In this document: positions 26,206-40,165 of the stretch, one piece after another | How the letters are laid out: each line of letters opens with the position of its first letter | Numbering within the stretch: position 1 is the stretch's first letter | Source: Cetorhinus maximus | Lineage: Eukaryota | DNA length: 64,000 nucleotides | Reading direction: 5' to 3' | Assembly: GCF_964194155.1 (NCBI RefSeq) | Contig: NC_135890.1 | Span: 107,198,001-107,262,000, forward strand | Notes under the pieces: generated by a model | The model's database searches: none | What the model saw: the letters and a program-made list of their open reading frames with translations, nothing else | What the model was told of the DNA's origin: nothing | Position numbers and translations under genes: made by a program

Positions 26206-27783
26206 CTTGTCAAATTTCTGTTAAGAAATGAACAAGATATCAGTGACGGAGATGCTGTGTATTGTGTATCAGTCACATCATACTATTTTGAACATGCAAT
26301 ACATTGTCCAGACAATCATAGAATCTAGCGAACTAATGCATTGTGTAATCTGCACCTACTGTACTCCCAACTCAGTCAAACCCCTGTCAGTATTTTATTC
26401 TCAATCGGAGCAATGCTGCACACAAAGCCATGGACTGCTGCAAATACCGAGCAGCCAGCATCTATTGACAAATTAGAGCCTTTTGGACTTGAATTATGAA
26501 CTCTGTTTCTCTCTTCACAGATGCTGCTAGGTCTGTTGAGTTTTATCAGCATTTTCTGTTTTAATTCTGATTTTCTTCTGTTTGTACATTGGATTTCAGC
26601 ATCGCTGCCAAGGCTAGCGTTTATTCCCCAAAATTAATTGCCCTTGTGAAGGTGGTGGTGAGCTGCCTTCTTAAACCGCTGCAGTGTGTATGTGGTATAG
26701 GTCCCACAAGATGCCTCACTTGCTTAAATACAACTTTGATGTTCAGGGCAGTCACTCTCACTTCTAGAATTTATCTGATTTGTCACCTTTGGATCAAGTT
26801 TTAACAAGGTGTGGAACTCAGGGGTGGTCCTAGGAGAACCCAAAATGAGATGAGTTAACATTTCAGGTGTAAATCCTTTGTGGGAATTGGAAGATATAAA
26901 AATGATCCCACTCCTCACATATTTCGCCGGCTCACCCACGTTCCCATATCGGCAACATTTCGATGTCATGTCTGTTTTCCATTTTGAATGAGGCAGAAAC
27001 TGAGTTAGAAATATTTGTGCAACTTATATTCTGAATTTATGTTGGAGTAATGAAGCTATCGGGTATCTGCTGCGCACACACTTGCAATACTCGGTTTTTG
27101 CCACAAGAGTGACCCAAGTAACGTGTAACATGAGCCGTGAATGAACGGGCTTCACTTGTGGGGAGCGCTGAACATTTAAACAGCCAACAGCAGAGTTCTC
27201 TAAACCAGGAACGATGAAACTGTTCTTCGTTGTGCAGAATTCCATCACAGCTTCGTTCGTTTTAGACACTGCACTCATGATGAAATTAGATTTGTCAGGC
27301 TGCCCAAAACCTACATCTGCCCTGGGAATACAGGAATGATTTATCTCACTCACATCTCTCTCACTGTTTAACTTTGGTTATATTCTCTTGCACTGTCGCC
27401 ACATTGAGAGGATATTATTTCATCTTAAATTGACTGTGAGATTCAACATAACCCATTCGAGCTCCTAACATAAATTCACCCTCAAACGTATCTTACTATA
27501 TTGTTTTAAAAAAGCAATGACCCTTGTAATCTTAGTTAATGAATGTTTAATGTATTATTTCGAATATTTGAACAGCCCCCGTTAGAATATCTGAGAACGG
27601 GTGTCACATAAACATTAGATCTGTGTCTCCAACAGGATTGAGTTTTTCAATGATTTTCTTTCCATTCTCACCGGGTTTTAGTAATAATAATTTATCAGAA
27701 ATTGCATCTGAGATTCAGAACAAAGCAATTTACACACTAGAAACAGAATATTGAAATTGCCCCGAAAGGTAGAATGAACTCAC

Positions 27784-27980
27784 AGTCCTTGCTGGAAGCA
27801 CAGGTCCGGGAAAGTTCAGCTGCTGAATAATTTCTGATGCACTTTTTCTGCGCAGTTGGTCCTTTCTGTTTCCCTTCGCACCGACTCTCAGATCTGGACG
27901 GAGTATGTGAATCAAGCTCTTTGCTTCTGCTGCTCTGTATCTTGCTCTGTGCGTCTCTCCGTTAAACAACTCTGTCTGCG
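27784..27980 (-). other. Predicted non-coding exon 1 of ISG15-A2
   Basis: Donor ACT|gtgagt at 27784/27783. Near-identical to A1 exon 1. Confidence 0.62.
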
Positions 27981-28002
27981 CGCGTCTCCGGCTCCCTCCT
28001 CC

Positions 28003-28230
28003 TTTTATTCTCAGACCCGGTTTTCAAACGTCACAGCCCCGCTGTCCTCTGATTGTCGCAAATCCCCTGTTCTGTTATGAATTAAATGTGATCGGAGCTG
28101 AAGTTTCGTTTTCCGAAAACATCCTCCCCCACCCCACCCCCAGTGTCTGACAAATGATCTCTCAGCCAGCAGCAGAGCATTCTTGCTGATAACAGGTAAT
28201 GGCCTCTGATCTGTTTCGTTTCCCATTTCC
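28003..28230 (-). promoter_or_regulatory. ISG15-A2 promoter: TATA-like box, two ISREs, altered kB site
   Basis: ATAAAA 28003-28008, GGGGATTTGC 28058-28067, GGAAAACGAAACT 28102-28114, GGAAATGGGAAACGAAACA 28212-28230. Confidence 0.75.
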
Positions 28231-28377
28231 TTCAGTAACACAATGTAGAGCATCTTCAGCCGAAAGTGAGCCTGGAGGATTCGATGCTCTGTTGCCATCG
28301 GCCGTTTGAACAGCTGTTACTCTTAGAAATTTCATCTGGACCCAATGTTTTCTTTGAAAAACGATCTTTATTTTCAG

Positions 28378-29130
28378 GAGTGTGAGGTGATGCTTTTTGG
28401 GAGGACTAACACGGCAAGGGTATCCACAATGAATGGTAGGACCTTAGACAGTACAGAGGATCAGAGGGACCTTGGTGTACATGTCCATAGATCCCAGAAG
28501 GCAGCAGCACAGCAGATAAGGTGGTTAAGAAGGCATATGGGATGCTTGCCCTTGTTACCCGAAGCAAAGAATATAAGATTAGGGAGGTTATGTTGGAGTT
28601 GTATAAAACGCTAGTTAGACCACAGCTGGAGTAGTTCTGCGGTTCTGGTCCACACCATAGGAAGGATGTGATTGCACTGGAGAGGGTGCAGAGGAGATTC
28701 ACCAGGATGTTGCCTGAGCTGGAGCATTTCAGCTATTAAGAGAGACTGGATAGTCTTGGGTTGTTTTCCTTAGAGCAGAGAAGGCTGAGGGGGGCCCTGA
28801 TAGAGATATCCAAAATTATGAGGGGCATAGATAGGGTAGAAAGGAAGAAACTTTTCCCCTTAGCAGAGGTGTCAATAACTAGGGGGCATAGATTTAAGGT
28901 AAGGGGCAGGATGTTTAGAGGGGATCTGAGGAAAACCTTTTTCACCCAGAGGGTGGTTGTAATCTGGAACCCACTGCCTGAGGGTGTGGTAGAGGTGGGA
29001 ACCCTCACAACATTTAAGAAGTATTTAGATGGGCACTTGAAATGCCACAGCATACAGGACTACTGGCCAAGTGCTGGAAAATGCGATGGGAAAAGTTAGG
29101 TATTTGATGGCCAGAACATACATGATGGGC
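28378..29130 (+). mobile_element. CR1 3' fragment (duplicate of 6990-7790)
   Basis: FSLEQRRLRGALIE..TRGHRFKV..FFTQRVV. Confidence 0.88.
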
Positions 29131-32100
29131 TCATTCTAATTCAGACCCTATGATGAAAGGAACTTCCTGTGACACCTCAACCATAACGAAACAGGGAAGG
29201 GATTACAGTGATATGGCTGTTATAGCACGATGGCATCTCCACATTGGCACCAGTGATGTAAATTATATAATCCAGTTTTTGTACAGATTGAGGAGAGGGT
29301 ACAAAAACTGAATTTGGCCACACAATGTCCTGTGTCCCGAGCAGTGATACGTAGATAAGCGCTTGATGGTTGGCACAGACACGATGGGCCGAAGGGCCTG
29401 TTTCTGTGCTGTATAACCACATGACGCTATGACTCTAATACAGTATGTCCTGGGCGGGTGCCTGAGTTGAGTTGGTTTATGTGAGATTTGGGGAGAGTGA
29501 GAGAAGGTGAAGGTGAGGTAGATATGCCCTGATTTGAATGGCAGAGCCAGTTCAAAGGACTAAGCCTCTACTCCTTCTGATGTTCTTGTTTGATTTGACA
29601 GTGCACCAATATTGTAAAAAGCTCGTCAAATGAAAGATTGCTTCTATTCTGAACTGATAGTGAGGGTGATTGCAGATTGAATTACAAATCTAGTGCTAAC
29701 CCAAAGGGGCAGTGGAATCAGTTCTCCTCTTAAAAATTAAATTAGACATTTTGGCTGAGATAATCGTCTGTGTCTGATGTAGCATGTAACTGAGCTGGAG
29801 AGGCTCTCCATCAAAAGTGTGCCCTCAAAATGGCAGCTGTATTACGCTTTCCATGATCTTACTCTGATTTTGTTCCACCTTCTGGAAACAAGCTAACTCT
29901 TGCAATTAAATGAATCAATGGAGTGGGGTCTCCATATTTTCCATTCTTTGTGCCTGTTTACCATCCCTGAAAATCAGCACCAGTTTACCAGTGGCAGTTC
30001 TTAACCGATCAGAGATTGGGAAGGTGAAGAGGAGAAAGGTGCTGGAGGCCAATCAGGATGAAGATGCCGAGAAATAAGGTCGGTCCAAACACCTCATGAG
30101 CATCAAACAGGCGCGAGCACTGATCCTTGCAGCACCCGGCTAGTTACATCCTGCCAACCAGAAAATGGCCCGTTTATTGCTACTCTCTGTTTTCTGACCA
30201 TTAACCGATTCTCATTTCATGTAATATATTAGCCCCAATCCCATGAGCCCCAACCTTTTGAAATAAACTCTTGGGCGGCGCCTTATTGAATGCCTTTGGA
30301 TAATCCAATTAAAATAAATCCACCGTTTCCCCCTCATCTACCCTGCTACTCAGAACCTCAACAAACTTTAACAAATGTATAGAACACAATTTCCCTTTCA
30401 TTGATCCATGTTGACTTTGACCAATCAAATTATGAATTTCTAAATGCCCTATTATCATGTCCCTAATAACAAATTGTCGCACATTCCTTTCTGTTGATGT
30501 CAGGCTAACTGGCCTATACTCCTTCCTGATTCTTTCTCCTTTCGTTTCTTGAATAGTTGGGTTATGTTTGATCCTTCCAATCTATGAGGAGTGTTTGAAT
30601 ATCTGTGGAATTGTGCAAGACCCAGTGTGCCCACTATCTCTGTAGCCAGATCTTTTAAACCCTAGGAAGACGGCTATGGGTCCAGGGAATCTGTTACCTT
30701 TTAGTCCCATGAATTTCTCTAGCACTTTTTTCAGGATACTATTAGAGTAATGCTGCGGACTTTAATCTTCATAGCGACTGGATAAAATAAATCTGCTGTA
30801 GTAATGTGGGGGATAAGGTTATAGAATGCAGTCAAAAATGTTTTCTAGATCAGTGTCAGCAACCAGCCACAAGGAGAAGCCCCTAATTCTGGCACTAGAT
30901 AGGGAACACAATCTTGGGGACTCCTGGGTGTGGCTCCAGAGAACAGTATGCATCTCTCTGACTTTACTGTCCTCTGCCATTACCACATTCCTCCCCCACA
31001 GCCAACACTCAATGTAAATGGCCTCATGTATCATGGTGCTATGGTCTGCTTTCTCATCCACCAGATTTTTTTATCATTCAGACAGGCAGCAGGAAGCCCA
31101 TGCCTGTTAGATAAGGACAATGGCTGAGGTCCCCTGCACTGCACGATTGTGCTACGCTGTCTATGTTCCTATTTTCTTATCTGCCTTGTGTCTCCTTACC
31201 GACCTGACCCGCAGTCACACCCTCCTGTCCCTGACCACTAATTAGACACTATGCGGCACTACGTAACCTAAGGAGTGTGACTGCCTCCTGGATAAAGTGT
31301 CCAGCTAACAGTCTTGCTCCCTAATGCCCCACAATGCCTGCATCTCGGATTGAAGCTCGACAAGTCGGAAGTTGAACTTCCTTGAGGTTCAGACACTTAC
31401 TGTGGATTTGGTTGTCAGCAATTGCAATGCTGTCCACCAACTCCCACATGCTGCTGTTGTGGCAAAGCACCTGCACTGTCATCACTATCTAACCCAGTTT
31501 TATTTATTTCATTAATTAACGTTTATGCATTTAAACAACTTAGCTTAGTTTTTTAACCTTTACGATATAGTTTTAAGTGATTGGTATATTGATATTTATC
31601 TGTAAATTACCCATTTCCTCCCCATGCTGTGACGTCACTTTGTGAAAGCAACAAAGCCCTGAGTTTACCAGCTCTTCTGGCCATTTATGAAGCAGTCATT
31701 GGCACCACTCCAAAAAAAAAACACAACTGCTCTGAGCTGAGAGCTTCTTGTTGAATCTTTTGGCTGCATTGAGTTTCTGGAATGTCTCAGTCACCAGGGT
31801 GTCCCTGACATAATGCCACACCTCCAGCATTGCATTGCAATGTGGGTGTGGTCTCTCATGATTCACCTTTAGCACTGCATGAGAAACCACCATCTCCACT
31901 AGCTGCATGAGATGTATGCTCACGAAACATTGATCTGTTAAAGCCTGTACCCTGATATCTTTGCGTTTGTTTCCTTCACCAAGGAAGATGTTTCTGTCCC
32001 CTCCAGGGAGAGAAAACTGTCTCCCTGTTATTTCCTCCCAGCTCTGTCTGCTCCCTGGTACTCCGTGAATCACTGACTGATAAGCTTCCACCTCAGTAAT

Positions 32101-33664
32101 TCCCTTGTCTCAAGTAAGTGTATCGGGATAGGTGTTTGAATAAGCAAGATGTAATTTGAAAATTTCTAGTATTCAAAACAGGTGGTTGAAATAAAGATAA
32201 TTAGAAAAGCATATTTTACATAATTACTAAATGTAACTGGTGTGAACTTAATTTTTATATAAATTGCTGCCTTAATTAATATTCTTAGTTGATAGCTCAG
32301 TAAAGAATCAATGCAGACATGATTAGCCAATAGTTCTGTGTTGTAAACCTTTATCATTCTCACAAAAACCTGAGTATTTGATATTTTTACCCAAAGCTGT
32401 GATGCTGTGAGAACCATTTAGATTGTCCAGTCTGAACATGTGCAGACTGAATGTTTGGGTACAATTTGTTCATTGGCTCGCCGGCTGCCTCCATTCGTGA
32501 TCCCATCAGGGCCTAAAAATCCTGCCCAGATTCTCTAATATATCATGCGTAAGGCCACAGAAGATCAACTGGTTCAATATAATTAATATAATTAAACTGT
32601 GGAAATTATGGGCCGGTAATCTGGGCTGGTGTGATTCTTCAATATTGTCCATAGGTGTCTCATTCATAGCTGATTCTCCCATCAACACTTGTTAGGGTAA
32701 ATGATCATAACCTGCATCTAAATATGGATACCGGATGGAATACAGGGAAAGCCACAGACAATTCAGACAGACAGAAACACACATTCCAATTTTTATTAAA
32801 ATAAACAGGTTTCCTTTCAAATCATGTTGAATATTTTGGCAGATACAACGTGCAGGCCTGATATCTTTTGCCCTTGGAAAACACTAAGCACCCAGATTAA
32901 AGTATTCCAATGCTAAACATATACAATTCTCCAAGAACACATCAAGGTTAAAGCAATTAGTTGCAGATGACCTTACGTCATTTTAAAATGAAGCCGGAAG
33001 ACAATCATTGCTGATCTTGTGGAATTTTTGGCAAGGCCCCTTCTATACAGTGAAAGGTTTTTGGAATTGCCACGTCAGCTATCTAATAGTCTCTGAGAGT
33101 GAGAAGGTGGATTCATACTGAATGAGATACAAGTTTGGAGCTGTAGATCAGGGACTGGATCATTATTGGCCGAACTCTTCAGTAGAATCTTGAAGAGTAA
33201 CAGAACATACTTTTGACCAATGATCAGCCAGGATTGATGCAAATCAAAGTATCACAAGTCAATGATCAGAATGAAACACATTGCATCAGCAGTCCCCCCC
33301 CCCGATTCCTTCTATGTTGTTAATTAAGTTGCTGTCCCTTGTAAAAATTGTGTCCAATGTCTTGTACCAGCATCTTTCCTCGGGTGAGAATGCAGGAAGG
33401 TGACCTGCACCCAGGCCTCAGTTGGGATCATTCCCTAGTCAGACATTATCTGTTGAACAAACTTCCTGTTGTTATGGGAACTGGGGCAGACAGGAATGAG
33501 ATTGAAAAGTATCATGGACAAGTCAGTGACTGTGCAACCTGGGTCTCTTACTAACTGCAGCTGAGAAAACAGGAGTATATGAAAAAATTGATCAATTGAG
33601 GCACTATAAATAATTTACTTCTGTAATAGCTAGAGTCCATCTTATTAACCGCTGCAAGTGCAGG

Positions 33665-34132
33665 TTAACCACCTCGTAGACGTAGCATGAGGAAGATGGT
33701 GCTCTCAGGCTTAATATTGTAGTCGGCGAGTGTCAGACCATCCTCCAGCTGTTTCCCCTCGTACACCAGACGCTGCTGAGTGGCTGGGACACCCTCCTGC
33801 CGTTGTACCCATGCTCTAAAATCCCGAACAGACTCAGAGGGACGAACATCATATGCAGATGTTTTCCCCTTGTCATTCCTGAGCAAAATCTGCTTCCGTT
33901 CCTCGTTCTTGACAATCAGCATGACAGCATCGCTAGGAGAGACATTGTAGTCACACAGCCTCTTGTTGTCCTTCAGCTCCACAGTGCTCCCATTTTGTAC
34001 CACCAGGCGCTGTTGGAAATAGGGCACATTGGCTTTTTTGTATATCATCATCTTGAGAGCCGAGATTTGGATGGAAGGGTCAACATCAAGTTCAATATCT
34101 TCACCGGTCAAAAACCTCACCTGGAGTCTTAT
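33665..34132 (-). pseudogene. ISG15: ISG15-like type B copy 2 with the start codon mutated ATG>ATA (pseudogene or N-truncated)
   Basis: Plus strand gtcttatcttgtc versus gcctcatcttgtc in B1, giving ATA at 34132-34130. The frame is otherwise open to LRLRGG-TAA. The MQIF motif is altered to KQIL. Confidence 0.75.
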
Positions 34133-35209
34133 CTTGTCAAATTGCTATTAAGAGATGAACAGGATGTCAGTGATGGGGACACTTTATATCACGAGTCAAT
34201 TGCTAAGAATGAATCAGTAAACTTAACACGCAAGTTGCATTGTCCCAGGCACTGGCTGCAAGTGCAGAAGCTGAGGAGTAACTGTTGTCTAAACCTCATT
34301 TGCAATAATAGCATCATCTGGCTTCCTACATGATACCTGAATCGCCTAGACACCAATCTTCACAAACTCCTTCCTTCCAGCCAGACAAAAAGCACCAGAT
34401 TCACATATCTGTTCCCCTGATTGCATTTGGCTTTGTCTTTGCTGCTCTATGCTGACTTGTTAAAATATTCAGAAACCCCCGGGGATCTGCGTACTGAGCT
34501 GCAATGCTAGCATCTGTCTGAAGTAGCCCTCAGTGAGCTGTGTAATGTGGCACAGTCTGAGTTTGGGTTCATGGGGAGATAAGAACATGGGCTTGGAAGT
34601 TCTGTAAGTTTCTCTTAATCTTGCACCATAGCTTCAGCAATTCATCAATGGAGTCTAAGAGAATGGCTGTAAATGAAGGAAAATGGCTGTTTGTTTCAGC
34701 ACCATGTTAGAGGAACCATTTGTATAACTATCTAAACCAGAAGACAGGGCATCCCCAGTCCAGTAGTAAAAAAAAAGTACCCTATTGTTGAGTAGAATTT
34801 TCTCTTTTGATGCCAGTTGTCTATGAATGAAATCTATACAGTTATGACAGACCAAGCAGCAGAGAGTAATTCTGTCCAGAAATGCTTCCTCTCAGATTCA
34901 GACTTACATAATGCATTCTATTGAAAAACAAAAACTACTTTGCTGATATTAGATAATGAATGTTTAACGCATTACTTTAAATTTCCACCTTTAAAATAGC
35001 AGACAAAGGGGTGGCACATAAACATGTTAAGTTGTTATCGCCTTGTATTGTCTTCAATAACTCACAGGCTATGCTTTTTAAATTATCCTGACCCAGTTCA
35101 GAGAATATTAAGAACTTATTTTAAATGGTGAGTTTCACTGAGATTCAAAATGGCTTATTTTAAAACCCAGAATTAGAATATTGAAATTCCTAAATAAAAG
35201 ACAGGATAC

Positions 35210-35530
35210 CTGACAATCTTTGCCGGAAGCACAAGTCCATGTGAATCAGAAGAAATTTGAGTTGCACAATGGGGACAGATTCACTTCCCTGCACAGTTTG
35301 TTTTCTCTGTGTTTCTCCACACCGGCTCTCCAATCTAGTATAAGGGAATAAAATTTTGTGTGTTTCTTGCTCCATCTCTTCTGTGTTTCCCACCATTAAA
35401 CAAGTGAGTGAGTGTCTGGCTCCCTCCTCAGTCCTTTTATTATTATAGCTGGTTTCTGAACGTCACAGCCTTGTTGCCCTCTAATTGCTTTGAACAAACA
35501 AGTGAGACCAGAGCTGGTTTCATTTCCCAA
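35210..35530 (-). promoter_or_regulatory. ISG15-B2 exon 1 and promoter with ISRE
   Basis: Donor CAG|gtatcc at 35210/35209, ATAAAA ~35434-35439, GGGAAATGAAACC 35516-35528. The CCAAT seen in B1 reads GCAAT here. Confidence 0.65.
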
Positions 35531-36660
35531 AGCCTCCCCTCAGAGACTGGGAAATTACCTGACAGGAGCAGCAGGAATGCACCTTGCTACAGGTAACAGG
35601 TACTGAATTCCGAGCTAACTCAGTTTCAGATTCCTCTCTGGTGCCACAGTCATAAACAACAAGAGCAGAATCAGCTGAGCGGTGTGTCAGAGGCCTCACT
35701 GCCTGTTTGAAGCTGTGGGCAGGGTTTGAACAATACAATGTATAAAGATACAGTGCATCAGACCAGTCAGTTTAATTATCCAATGAAAAGAAATTGGCCT
35801 CAAATTGCAGGGGTCCTTCACCACGTGTACAAGTCAGGTAGAGCAAAACCTCTTTCCCTTTCCAAACACAAGGCCAAGGGGCTAATGTCACTTCCATGTC
35901 ATGGTGGATACTCAGGAAGTGCAAGAGTGCTTTAGTGGACAGATCCATCCTAATCTTTGCTATGTTTATAATATCTGAAATCCCTCTGTGACTATTCTCA
36001 CATGATCCTTTTTGCTGCTACTGTGGACTCGAGCTTCTCTGCCTCCCATGTTCCTTTGGTGCCCCAGTTAAGAAGTACAAGGTTTGTGACATGTAAACCA
36101 TCTCCACCAATCAGTATATTTTGATTGTCTTTTTCTAAAAGAAAACTTAATATTTTGTCAAATCCCACGTGTGCACACCCCGGTTGAATTACATTTCATC
36201 CTCAGACCCTTCCTCTAGCATCGACATGGTGTATCCTGTGTGACTTCAGCCGAGGTAGAGACAGGCTGTCCAGATCAGTGTTGGAAATTTTTGTCCAGCT
36301 TTGCCTTAACACTGATCCTCCAGCTGAACACCACTCCACTACTAGAGTTCTGATGGGGGTTCCAACCTGTATCTTACCCTCTCCTCCTCCAACAATGGAA
36401 ACAACTCCCAAAATTTTCTGTTAGGTGGGCAGGCAGAGCTGAAGCTGTCGTTGGCAGCTGTGGACCCGATTGCCACCCGCAATCAGGGCCGCGACGCATT
36501 TTGCGCGGGCGGGCCAATTAATGCCCGCCCAGTGCCCTTCTCACTCCCATGGAGAGCGGGAGTCTGAAGTTTGTGGCGGGCGTGTACAGACCGCTGGGTC
36601 CAATGGCGACCCGGCAGTCTGTATAAAAAAAGGCCTGGCAGCCTCCTTTAGACTGTTCAC

Positions 36661-39600
36661 AATGGCCAGCTACAGGTGTCACTGCAGGGGGTCTGCACAG
36701 CAGGCCAGTGTAGAGGGAAGACCAGAGGAGGAGGGCAGACTGCAGGGTGTTGGCCAGGAGCAGGGCAGGCTGCAAGGTGGGCCACCGGGAGGGCCAATGT
36801 GCCCCTCGCTTTTCCGATGACTGCCTTGCTGCCCTTGTGGAGGAGGTGGCAGCACGGTGGGGGGGTGCTGTTTCCCCAGGACGGGAGGAGGAGGGCCCCC
36901 CACATGACAAAGCGTGCCTGGGAGGAGGTGGCGGAGATGGTGAGCTCCTGCGATGTGGTGCACCGAACCTGAATCCAGTGTCGTAAGCGGTTCAACGATT
37001 TGTTGCGCTCTGGAAGGGTGAGTACCATGTTGGCCTTGGGCATTTAACCCAGCAGATAGCCTTAGCCTTTGAGGCCCCCCCCCCACCCACGTCTTAGTGT
37101 CGTGACTGCATTGACTCATGTTGGGCATTTGTCGCACACTGGGTGGGCAAGCAGATAGTGACCATGCTTACATCAGCCTTAGTGGTTCATGAGAAGATGG
37201 GTTTTCCCCGCACTATGTGTTGGCCATAGTGGCACATGACTAGTCTGGGAGCAACCTGCAGGAGATGCAGCTAAGCGCATACTCAGAACTCCAACACATG
37301 TCCTATTCATGGCAGAGATTGTGAAAGGGGAGCCTCAAGGTCTCATGGCCAAGAGCCATCTGGTGCCCTTGGCGCCGCATCTAGTTACGCCTCCTTGCCA
37401 TGGGAGCTAAGACTGTGTGTTTCTGAAAGTGATGGACGCAGAATGTGTCCAAGGTGGCTGTCTGGGGAGGTGGGGGGGGCATTGGGAGCAGCCATACTAT
37501 ATTTTTGTGACCGATCAACAGTAGCGTGGACAGGAGGCACTGGAGGCCTCAGATGGGCCACTGTGGTTGGGGTGCAGCGTGGGTATGCAGAGTACATGAG
37601 AGATCAGCCCCAATAAATGGTCTTCTCTGTTTTGCAGGAGAAAAATGCGCAGAACGCTTATGAGCATTTGCGCACTGGAGGCGGCCAGGCCCAGCTGGTG
37701 ATATTAAGCCGTTTTCAGTAGGAGGCCCTGGAGCTTGAAAAGTGCCATGCGCCCAGGCCCACAGGTGTCGGTGAGGCTGGGGTGGAGCGGGCCAGGTATG
37801 AGGTCCACAGTCCACAGTCCCATCTGCTCTGTCTTCCCACCATGCAAAGCACTGATGATTGTTGCAGTCGTTAATGTAGCAACACTGCTCATTCACAGAC
37901 TGATAGAGTCAGACGTGTGGGTCATAGACAAAGGTCCCTCGGCCCTTCGAAGATGCGCGTGTCTATCCCCGTGGCCTTGTATGCCATGGCATCGCAACTG
38001 CACATCCAAATACTTATTACATGTTAGGAGGGTTTCTGCGTCCACCACCCTTTCAGCCAGTGCGTCCCACATTACTCTGTGCAAAAGTTCCTCATCACCT
38101 CACCTGTCAACCTTATGCCCCTTACCTTAAATAAATGCCACCAGATTAGTCATCCCTCCACCAAGGGGAAAAGTTGCTTTCTGTCCACCCGATCTATGCC
38201 CCTCAATGTTATGAAGCTCAATAATGTCACCCCTCAATCTCCTGTACTCCATGGCAAACATCACCAGTGTATGCAATGTTTCCTCATAACTCCCAACTCT
38301 CCAGGCCAGTATGCATCCTGGTCAGTGACCTCTGCACTCTCTCCACTCCAATCACATCCCTCCCATGAAGTGCTGATCATAACTGAACGCAGAAGTGTAG
38401 CTGTGGCCTCAGCACCATTTTCTGCACTTGCAACATGACCTCCCTGTTCCTACGTTCCATTCCTTGGCTAATAAAGGCAAGTATGGTTTTTACCTTGTTA
38501 AACACCTTATTTTCCTGTCCCGCTACCTTAACGGGCCTGTCAACATGCTCAGCAAGGTCCCTCTAATCATCCTTAATTTCCACAGTCCTACCATTCCTCG
38601 TGTATTCCCATACTTTGTTTGTCCTGCCCAAGTGCATCACCTCACACTTATCCACATAACATTCCATTTGGCATTCCTTAGGCCATCTGACCAGCCCATC
38701 TGTATCCGCCTGTAATGTTTGGGCCTCCTCCTGACTATTCGCCACCCCACCAATGTTCGTCTCCTTAGGTTCTGGAAGGTTGAGCGCATTATGAGCCCGG
38801 GGGAAAGGGATGAAGTGTGCCACTGTGTGGACGGTAACTGATCCACTGTCCTTGTTGTTATTTTCAGCATCATCAGAGGCTGCCGACCAGGCTCCATTAC
38901 ATAGGCCCCCTCTCACACTTGAGGGCCCTGAACTGTCACCAGCGTCGCACCATTTCTGCAAGGCAGACACCAGCGCAGATACTAGTACATTGGTGGGAAT
39001 TGTAACATCGGCTAGTATCCCGGGGCACAGTGGAGAAGGCACTTCACAATCGCTGGAGGAGATGGCAGAGACAGAGAGTGCCAATGGCGCCAGCAGTCGG
39101 AGGACTGTAGGGGACCAGGCACATGCACATGCCATGATGATGTGCCTCTGGAGTCATCCGCGACGCAGCAGCTGCAGGAAATGCAGCCGGGTGTGTGGGA
39201 GCATCTGGGAGTGTTGCAAGAGAGTATGCTTCGCTTGGTGTCCGTGGTGGAGGAGTCCACGCGGAGCATGAGTGATGCCATGAGCCTCATGTCAGAGCGT
39301 CATGCTTCCTCCATGGAGAGAGTGGCAACTCTCCTGGAGAGGGGCTTCCAGGAGAACAAGCAGCTCCTCCTGGGGATACACTCGGACCGGCAAGCCCTCA
39401 CAGTGCCAGTGGCCACAGCTGGTCATTGGCAATGTGGGAGATGGCCTAGGCACCAAGTGTCCCTGCTCGGTGCCCATCCATCTACGGTGAGCAGGGAGGT
39501 CCGAAGCCACCTCACGTCAGCGCAGCAGCTGTCTGTCGTCTCTGCGGGCTCCTCTCAGAGCACTCCGGATGAGGGCAACAGCTCCTCCGCTCCTCTGCCA

Positions 39601-39876
39601 GTGACCGTTGCATTCGTTGAGGCTGCAACGACTGGGGAGGTGCTAGTTCTGGAACTGGCCACTCCCTCCCAGGCGGGGCCATCACAGGCTCCACGGGCCA
39701 AAGGACATCTGCCAAGGTCATCGAGGCCAACAGAACAGCAGTGTCAGCAGGCTGTCTCACAGGCCACTCCGAGCAATGGGGCGGCACCAAGGCATAGCAC
39801 CTGCAAACGTAAGCATAAGGCAACTGAGGCACACCATGGGTCTCTCACTGGTGCTTTTGTGTTGGCCCTAGCTTAG
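36661..39876 (+). pseudogene. Harbinger Myb/SANT-like DNA-binding protein gene (spliced, disrupted)
   Basis: APRFSDDCLAALVEEV../..KRAWEEVAEMV..RT*IQCRKRFNDL, with a frameshift and a stop at 36970. Donor near 37018, acceptors near 37638 and 38867, low-complexity C-terminus. Confidence 0.75.
37895..38765 (-). mobile_element. CR1 3' fragment nested in the Harbinger element
   Basis: LQADTDGLVRW..QMECYVDKCEVMHLGRTN; HRVMWDALAERVV..KYLDVQL. Confidence 0.8.
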
Positions 39877-40165
39877 GGAATTATTATTTTTTGCCGTTGT
39901 AAAAACATTTTGGTTTCATTTTGTTGGACCATATGATGGATCATAATAAAATCCAGATGTGTTACCATGGCTGAGGGTGGCTCCTTTGTGCTGCATTTGT
40001 ATGTTTTACATAAATGTCATGAGTGTTTGAGTGGACATTGAGGTTTATGCCCAAAGCTCTTAGCTGCAGTTGATGAGGTGGAAGATGTAGCACCTAAGTG
40101 CCGCGTATGGAAGCGCCAGGCAATTCTGGTCCTCCAGATCCATTTGTGTGGAGCTAGCTGAAGGT

